This document shows positions 56,787 to 64,000 of a stretch of DNA of 64,000 nt, one piece after another. The translations under genes and the position numbers were made by a program. This DNA is from a bacterium. GTDB lineage: Bacteria; Zhuqueibacterota; Zhuqueibacteria; Residuimicrobiales; Krinioviventaceae. The notes under the pieces are model-generated. The model was not told the DNA's origin and searched no databases. It saw only the letters and a program-made list of their open reading frames with translations. The stretch covers positions 13,777-77,776 of the forward strand of contig CAXXFV010000010.1 in NCBI GenBank assembly GCA_963674595.2, read 5' to 3'. Positions within the stretch are counted from its first letter, which is position 1. Every line of letters begins with the position of its first letter.

Positions 56787-56978
56787 TCAGGCAATATAAC
56801 CGAGTCCCTTTAATTTTTCTTTCAAATCTTCAGAATCTGACGCTTCTTCCAATTGTAAAATAGCAGATTCCAACGTATGGGAAATAAACTCTTCCACAGA
56901 AGAATAACCAGCCACTTGAGCATAATGTTTTGCCCGTTCTACCAGGTCTTTATCAAGTTTTACTTTTGATGTTGCCAT
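56787..56978 (-). CDS. Small conserved RHH-like protein
   Basis: VKLDKDLV...AGYSSVEEFI...LKGLGYI. Confidence 0.65.
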   Translation of the reverse strand: MATSKVKLDKDLVERAKHYAQVAGYSSVEEFISHTLESAILQLEEASDSEDLKEKLKGLGYIA

Positions 56979-59087
56979 TATTTCTCCTTCAAGGTTACGG
57001 ATAAAACTTTACCGTCCATGTATGCTGGAGGTTTCAACCCAAACATGTCCAACACAGTCGGAGCGATATCCATAATTGATAAATATTCATCACTAACTTT
57101 TTTATTGCTAAAGAATACACCCGGTACGGTCCGCGGATCCATACAATGGTCGCCGCTCCAGGCTTTTGTATTGTCTGTAAAAATATCTTCCATAACCGTT
57201 CCGGTCACCGATGCCCAGGAAGCCCGGTATCCGGGTTTATAGCCAACGATAAGGTCCGGCGCGTTTTTCAAGTAAGGCCCGGACATAACCTGCCCGGAAT
57301 CAAACACCTGGTTGATTGCAATTTCATTGCGCTCCGGATCACGATATTCATGTAATTTTTCAATAATTTCGGCTTTGATTTGTAACGCTTCAGCAGAACC
57401 GACAGTTCCTTTGCCCTCACGGCCTTTACGGTTCAAATATATACCGGCCAAACCCAAAGCATAGGCTTTTGTTTTTTCCCAGTCAACACCGTCAAACCAT
57501 TCACCACCTTTTCCATCCTCTTTTAAAACCAGGTAACCGTTATCATAAAGCCATCGGTTTATGTTAATACCTCGTTTAAAAGGTTTAAATCCGTGGTCGG
57601 ACATAACAATAAAAAGCGTATCGTCATCCAGTTTATTTGTAATTTTTTCAATCAACTTGTCACACTCTGTATATAAATGCTCAATGGCATTTTTGTGTAT
57701 TTCGCGGTCTCTTCCTTCGTTTGCCGGATGGTCGTCGTGCAGGTAGCGCATAAAAGTATGTTGAATTCGGTCGGTCGAATCAAACACCAGGGCCAGCACA
57801 CCTCTGTCCAGATTTTCCAGTGCGTCAAAAAACATACGTTCACGTTCGTCATGTATGTCCCAGGCCTGTTTTAAAAACTGCTCTTCGTTGATAACATTTT
57901 CATTCAAGGCCCAGGTATCTTCCGCAAGCCCCAATGTGGCAAAAGGACCGAGCTTTTTCGCCAGATAGGTTGAATAAACAGCCGGTGAAGATATTGGCAA
58001 GGCCGGTTTATCCGGATCAATATTAATAGGTGTTATATACAGCTCCACATAGGGTTCCCAGCTTTTTAAAAGGAATCGGCAGATTCCGTTAATGTTAATA
58101 CCCGTTCCGGTTTTAAAAACGAGACGCACCCAATCCGTATATTCACCCACTTGCAAATCGATTTTTTTGCCGTTCAAATTCATAACCACACCTTTGGAAT
58201 TTTTGCTCAATTCAAAAGGCAGGTCAATGGTTTTGTGGACTTTTTTAACCGGATTCGGAGGGCCCCGGAATGTGAGATGTGTATTTGCCGTTATTGTTTT
58301 CAAAAACCAGCCGGGTACCGCCGGTGTAATTTTTTTGTTCTTTCTGAGAAGTGTAAAAAGTAAAGGAACCCTGGGTCCCGCGAATATCGGGAATACACAT
58401 GGCGCCAAGCAGCAACCCACTGCCTTTTTCAGGCGGAAAGGTTATGGGTACACGAATAATATTGGTAAAAATTCCTTTATCTCCCAAAATATTCCAAAAA
58501 GGAACACTTTTTCGTAAAAGCCTTAAAACAGGTTTTCCCAGAGGAATCTGAAAACCTGCTATATTCAGGTTTTTTTTCACATTTCCAATTAATGTAGATG
58601 ACAATACCGGCAAATAGGATTTCCAGTCAGGAGAAAGAAAATCGAAAATATTATGTTTTGCCGGGTTGACTCCCGTTTGGAAAGAAGACCAGGCAACCGG
58701 CGATATGGATGGAAACGTGGTTTGTAAAGGTGCAAACCGTCCCTCTTGCTCAAGTTTTTTAAAAGAAGGAAGCTTGCCCTGTTTTATAAATTTGTCCGTT
58801 AATTCCCAATCCAATCCGTCCAAGCCTAAAACAACAACCTTTTTAACTTTGGCGGTTTTGTATGCATTTTTACCGCGAATTTGTTTCCACACATAGCGTA
58901 AAGGCCAGGAAATCAAATTGACCGCTGCGAGGAAAAAAGCGATAAAAATCATAAAAAATGAACTGAGTACGGCGAATCCGGCTCCGGGACCGATATAGGC
59001 AAATGCCGCATCACTAATTGGGAAATATAAAAGGGAAAAGAAAAAAACTAAAATTAAATATCTGGTCATTCTGTTTGATCTAATCAT
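56978..59087 (-). pseudogene. Alkaline phosphatase-superfamily phosphodiesterase split by a 1-nt frameshift (~58265)
   Basis: GLDGLD and SPVAWSSFQTG in the 5' ORF; DRIQH, VMSDHGF, WSGDH in the 3' ORF. Removing one base from GGGGCCC joins ...SHIPG to PPNPVKK; may be an assembly error. Confidence 0.8.
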
Positions 59088-59226
59088 AAATATCCGACAT
59101 TCTTAATTTTTCACCTGATTCTGGAATAATAACAGAATATTTTTCAGGTTTTTTGCTTGTTATATTTATAAAATTTAAAAGATAAACAATAATACAATTA
59201 TGTTTATTCACAATTTTTATACTTTT

Positions 59227-60183
59227 TTAAATACGTGGCCTGAATCCTTCTCCAAGGACTTCATGAACATTATTGACAATGACAAAGGCCTTGGGATCAA
59301 TTTCTTTAACCATCGTCACAAGTTTACTTATTTCTTTACGACTGAGAACCGTATATAATACCTCTCTTCGACGATCCGTATAGAGACCACGCGCCTCAAG
59401 CGCTGTAGCGCCACGGCTCAGATCCACAGTTATCAGCTTGGCGACTTTTTCTGTTTCATCCGTAATAATAAGGGCAGAACGGGCATAGTCAAATCCATCA
59501 AGGATTACATCAATAATTCTGCTGGAAACAAACAACAATAAAAAGGCATATAATGTCAGCGTCAGCACGGGTCTGTCAAAAGATAAATTTTTAAAATGAA
59601 TAATAAAACCAGCCAACGATATAACAAAAAAATCAACCACCATAAACGCTACTCCGGGTTTTACTCCCCAGCGTTTTTGAGCAATGGCAGCCAAAATATC
59701 CGAACCGGCTGTTGAGCCGCGAAACTTGAAGATTATACCCAATCCAATTCCCAGTAAAACACCACCAGTCAATACCATCAACAAAAAATCACGTTGATAC
59801 AAATCGAGAATGGCGCTATGTTGATTCAGTTGCATAAAAGACAAACCCGGGATCCGGCCTCTTAACATATCTATAAAAAAGGCATTTGAAAAAAAGCCGA
59901 TAAAAGTCCGCATTCCAAACTGGCTGCCCAATACTTTGACTCCCCAAATAAAAAGCGGGATATTAAACACCAGCATCATAAACCCAACAGGAATTTTACC
60001 ACCGGATAAATAGTGAATAGCCATAGACAAACCACTCACACCTCCTGGAACAACTTTGGCATCTACCAGGAAAACACCAATTCCGACAGACATGATAAAG
60101 GAACCGATAAGAATGATAAAAATGTCTTTTAAAATCCCTTTTTCATCCAATCCCAATTTTCGTTTTAATCCTGCCGAGTTCAT
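59227..60183 (-). CDS. YitT family membrane protein
   Basis: PGGVSG, NIPLF, GSTAGSDI, IDPKAFV...EVLGEGF. Confidence 0.92.
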   Translation of the reverse strand: MNSAGLKRKLGLDEKGILKDIFIILIGSFIMSVGIGVFLVDAKVVPGGVSGLSMAIHYLSGGKIPVGFMMLVFNIPLFIWGVKVLGSQFGMRTFIGFFSNAFFIDMLRGRIPGLSFMQLNQHSAILDLYQRDFLLMVLTGGVLLGIGLGIIFKFRGSTAGSDILAAIAQKRWGVKPGVAFMVVDFFVISLAGFIIHFKNLSFDRPVLTLTLYAFLLLFVSSRIIDVILDGFDYARSALIITDETEKVAKLITVDLSRGATALEARGLYTDRRREVLYTVLSRKEISKLVTMVKEIDPKAFVIVNNVHEVLGEGFRPRI

Positions 60184-60406
60184 AAATCCTTCATTATAAA
60201 AATAATCTCATAATCTTTTTGGCCCATATTTTACGAAAATTCAACTCTAATTGCAAGTAAATCATCAAACAAGAACAAATTTAAAACCAACAAATAGTGA
60301 CATTTCTAACAAAATTAAGAACATCTTGATGAAAATCTCCTTGAAACTCCGATATACATGTTTTATATTTTAAAAAACCCGAATACTGATTGTATATGGA
60401 GCACGA

Positions 60407-63400
60407 ATGAAACGCTATCTCAGAACACTGCACCTCTTATTATGGCTTCTCCCCTGTTCATCAACATTTGCTTTATCCGAAAACAGTATGATAAGTGAAT
60501 GGTTGATATTAGGCTCTTTTCAAAGCGACACCATCCACACAGCGCTGGATACGCCATACCTGAGTGACGAAATCAGCATTATGCCGGAAAAAGGAATGTC
60601 TTCGGGGCCTTACACATGGCAGTCTGCTGAAACCAACAAGAACGGAGAACTTAATTTTATTCAACAAAACCTGCCCTACACGGCCTATTGTGTGGCCTAT
60701 GCGGCTGCCTATATCTTTTCACCTGAGGAAAGAAATGTTCTATTGTTAACAGGCAGCAATGATGCCGTTGCTCTGTGGTTGAACGACAAACAGGTGCACC
60801 ATAACCTTACCTATCGATTGTTAAAAAGAGGTGAAGATAAAGTACCGGTTCGGTTGGCAAAAGGCTGGAACCGGCTGCTGGCCAAAGTAGTCAACACAGA
60901 GGGAGGGTTTGGCCTCAGTGTCGACATTGTTGATATGGATAAAAACGAACTTGATGATATTATCACCTCGGTCCGCAAACCGGAAGAGATGGTTATAACA
61001 TCATCCTCTCCCTATGCCTATATTGATAAAATTTATCTTGCTCCCGGAAAAGCAAAAGGTTCTCAAAGGATCTATCCCCTTGTCATTTCTGTTAAAAATC
61101 TCGGCAAAAAAGGAAAATACGATACAAAAGCCCTTTTAGACATTCGTGGACTCGCAACCCGCACAGAACGTTTTAACCTTGACCAAACCGGCAAAGCTGT
61201 ATTTTCATTGGCATCTCACAATGTGGAAAGATTATTAAATCGCGGCGGCGGTGTTCGTATTCTTTTAAATGGCCGGATGCATGATTTCCAAATTATTAAT
61301 TTATCACCGGAAATGGTTTTAAAAAGTATCTTTGAATCAGATCAGCTTCCAACCGAAGCTAAAGTTGTGCATAAAATGTATATGGACCTGAATGAAAACA
61401 TGTACTGGTATCAAAAATTTACCGATAAAACCCTGGACACAAAGGATAAAACACTTTCCCAAATTGTTCAATACGGCTTACGGAATGAATGGGATAATTT
61501 TTTCAAAGCTCTGGAAACATCGTTTATTGAATTGAAAGAATTTTCCACAATCATAAAACAAGACACACTCCACATGATCGGACAGTCACACATCGACATG
61601 GCCTGGCTGTGGCCCTGGAAAGAAACAATTGATGTGTGCCGCCGCACCTTTCAATCCGCTATCAACTTTTTTGAAACAGAACCGGATTTTAAATATATTC
61701 AAAGTCAGGCCGCCGCTTTTGAGTGGATGGAACAATATGAACCTGAGCTGTTCAAAGCCATTCAAAAAGCTGTTCAGGACAAAAGATTTTTTCTTGTCGG
61801 CGGCATGTGGGTGGAACCGGACCTTAATCTTATCGGCGGCGAAGCGCTGATAAGACAATTTCTGTATGGGAAACGTTATTTTAAAGAAAAATTTGGTGTA
61901 GACTGTATTACCGGCTATACACCGGACACATTCGGTTATGCCTGGTCATTGCCGCAAATTTTAAAAAAATCGGGATTCAAATATTTTGTAACTACCAAAA
62001 TTCGCTGGAACGACACCACTGATTTCCCCTACAGTTTATTTCATTGGGTATCACCGGATGGTTCGGATATTCTCACCTGTTTTCCCATGGCCCTCAATTC
62101 CAAATGCGAACTGGATAACATTGCCAATCATATAAAAACTTTTAAAAAGGAAAAACTTGTTGATTTGCCTGTTTTATACGGCGTTGGTGATCATGGCGGC
62201 GGCCCGACCCGGGAACATTTTAAAAATATAAAAAAAATGCAATCCCTGGCAGCTTATCCGACTGCATACTATGACGACCTGGACAGTTATATGAATCGCG
62301 TGGCGGTTAAATATCCGGACGTTCCAACATACAAGGACGAACTTTACCTGGAATTCCATCGAGGTACATTAACGACTCAAGGTAAAGTCAAAAAACAAAA
62401 CCGGCAAAGTGAAATTGCATTGGAAACAGCGGAAAAGTTTACAGTTTTTTCCGACATGGAATATCCCAAAGCCAAGCTGGACAGCGCCTGGAAACTGACA
62501 CTTTTCAACCAGTTCCATGATATTTTGCCCGGGTCCAGTATTCCGAGGGTATATCTGGATGCGGACAAGGATTACGCAAAAATTTCTGAATTAACACAAT
62601 ATATAACCTCATCAGCCCTGCAAAAAATAGCCTCGGAAATAAATTTAAAAGATAAAGACATTCCGGTTGTTGTGTTTAACACGCTAAGCTGGGAACGTTC
62701 AGGTATCGTGAACGTCAAATTAAAAAACACGAACATCAAAGAAATTAAAGACTGTAACGGCGAAAAAACAGACTTTCAGCAGCAGGACTCTGTTTTATGT
62801 TTTTATGCATCAGACATTCCGGCATGCGGATACAAAACCTTCTGGCTGAAAACCGGTAAAACCAAAGAACAAAAAAATTCTCTGCAAGTTACAGAAACAG
62901 CCTTAGAAAACTCTTTTTACAAAATTGAAATAAATCCCGGCAATGGCAACATTCGTCATTTCTACGATAAAATAAACAAACGCGATGTTCTCGAGGCCGG
63001 CAAAGAAGGTAATGTTCTTGAATTTTTGCAGGACATACCGGATAAATATGATGCCTGGAACATTGGGTACACCGGCAAAAGCTGGATCTGCGAACAGGTA
63101 GAACGCGTTGAAATTGTTGAACAGGGCCCGGTTAAAGCGGTTCTGCGATATGTACGTTTATTTGGAAAATCCAAATTTACCCAGGATTATATTTTATACG
63201 CAGACATCCCAAGACTTGATATTCGTACCACTGCCGACTGGCATGAAGAACATATTTTACTCAAAGCTTCTTTTCCTGTAAATGTGAATGCGGATTATGC
63301 AACCTATGATATGGCCTATGGGAGTATTCAACGTACGACCCATCCTCAAACACCGGCGGAAAAAGCAAAATTTGAAGTCCCGGCCCATAAATATGCAGAC

Positions 63401-63955
63401 CTTTCTGAAGAACAATACGGCGTCACGTTGATGAATGACTGTAAATATGGACATGATGTGAATGACAATGTTATGCGTCTGACATTATTACGGTCACCAC
63501 AAACACCCATGCCGCACAAACGTCCTGACAATTATGTTGCCCCTTTTGCCGACCAGGGAAAACATGAATTCAACTATTCGATATATCCTCATGCCGGAGA
63601 TATGAAAAAAGCGGCCTCAATTCGCCAAAGCTTTCAGTTTAACTATCCACTATTAAGCGTAGCAACCGACCGACACAAAGGAGAGCGAAAACAAAGCAAT
63701 TCTTTTCTTAAAGTTTCAGCCGAAAATGTTGTCGTAACGGCGGTTAAAAAAGCGGAAGATTCGCAAGCATCCATCGTCAGACTTTACGAAACCTTTGGTG
63801 ACTCTTCACAGGTAACACTTGAGTGGATGCAGCCGGTCAAACAAGCCTGGTTAACAGACATGCAGGAAAACCGGATCAGCGAAATCCAAACAAAAGGTAA
63901 AAACCTGACGTTTGCTATAAAACCCAATGAAATCATCACGTTAATGATCGAATAA
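60407..63955 (+). CDS. Alpha-mannosidase, GH38, with signal peptide and N-terminal extension
   Basis: SHIDMAWLW, GGMWVEPD, PDTFGY, GDHGGGP, ELYLEFHRG, NQFHDILPGS. Confidence 0.95.
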   Translation: MKRYLRTLHLLLWLLPCSSTFALSENSMISEWLILGSFQSDTIHTALDTPYLSDEISIMPEKGMSSGPYTWQSAETNKNGELNFIQQNLPYTAYCVAYAAAYIFSPEERNVLLLTGSNDAVALWLNDKQVHHNLTYRLLKRGEDKVPVRLAKGWNRLLAKVVNTEGGFGLSVDIVDMDKNELDDIITSVRKPEEMVITSSSPYAYIDKIYLAPGKAKGSQRIYPLVISVKNLGKKGKYDTKALLDIRGLATRTERFNLDQTGKAVFSLASHNVERLLNRGGGVRILLNGRMHDFQIINLSPEMVLKSIFESDQLPTEAKVVHKMYMDLNENMYWYQKFTDKTLDTKDKTLSQIVQYGLRNEWDNFFKALETSFIELKEFSTIIKQDTLHMIGQSHIDMAWLWPWKETIDVCRRTFQSAINFFETEPDFKYIQSQAAAFEWMEQYEPELFKAIQKAVQDKRFFLVGGMWVEPDLNLIGGEALIRQFLYGKRYFKEKFGVDCITGYTPDTFGYAWSLPQILKKSGFKYFVTTKIRWNDTTDFPYSLFHWVSPDGSDILTCFPMALNSKCELDNIANHIKTFKKEKLVDLPVLYGVGDHGGGPTREHFKNIKKMQSLAAYPTAYYDDLDSYMNRVAVKYPDVPTYKDELYLEFHRGTLTTQGKVKKQNRQSEIALETAEKFTVFSDMEYPKAKLDSAWKLTLFNQFHDILPGSSIPRVYLDADKDYAKISELTQYITSSALQKIASEINLKDKDIPVVVFNTLSWERSGIVNVKLKNTNIKEIKDCNGEKTDFQQQDSVLCFYASDIPACGYKTFWLKTGKTKEQKNSLQVTETALENSFYKIEINPGNGNIRHFYDKINKRDVLEAGKEGNVLEFLQDIPDKYDAWNIGYTGKSWICEQVERVEIVEQGPVKAVLRYVRLFGKSKFTQDYILYADIPRLDIRTTADWHEEHILLKASFPVNVNADYATYDMAYGSIQRTTHPQTPAEKAKFEVPAHKYADLSEEQYGVTLMNDCKYGHDVNDNVMRLTLLRSPQTPMPHKRPDNYVAPFADQGKHEFNYSIYPHAGDMKKAASIRQSFQFNYPLLSVATDRHKGERKQSNSFLKVSAENVVVTAVKKAEDSQASIVRLYETFGDSSQVTLEWMQPVKQAWLTDMQENRISEIQTKGKNLTFAIKPNEIITLMIE

Positions 63956-64000
63956 AGTGTAAAACCATAGTGTTTAAAAATCCCAAAGGTAAAATTGCCT

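Overview
Most of the window (~9.3-53.4 kb) is a siphovirus-like temperate prophage read on the minus strand. From right to left it has: tyrosine integrase (+), CI/Cro-like switch, YqaJ-RecT, DUF4373 initiator with DnaC-like loader, two RuvC-like paralogues, a ParB / ABC-ATPase-GNAT / formyltransferase cluster, TerS and TerL, portal, head, neck and tail genes (with a -1 frameshifted chaperone), tape measure, tail tip, M15 endolysin and holin-like genes. Host genes lie right of ~53.6 kb: ppsR, DUF1611, a frameshifted phosphodiesterase, YitT and a GH38 mannosidase. The most striking unexplained structure is two AT-rich arrays of co-oriented accessory genes, one at 1-5.9 kb and one inserted between TerL and portal at 32.2-38.0 kb. 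Both contain integron-type attC sites with complementary cassette boundaries (GTTACCAGCC...GGCTGGTAAC; GTTAGCAC...GTGCTAAC). Both are headed by diverged copies of the same ~230-bp leader: a sigma70 promoter, a short G-T/S-P-D/E-x-L-stop uORF, and homology ending at a GTTGG site. No integron integrase is visible. The cargo is defence-like (type IIG R-M, PD-(D/E)XK nuclease, NDT/TIR-like protein, membrane proteins). The att sites and left end of the prophage could not be fixed. All calls come from motif reading by eye; no searches were run.
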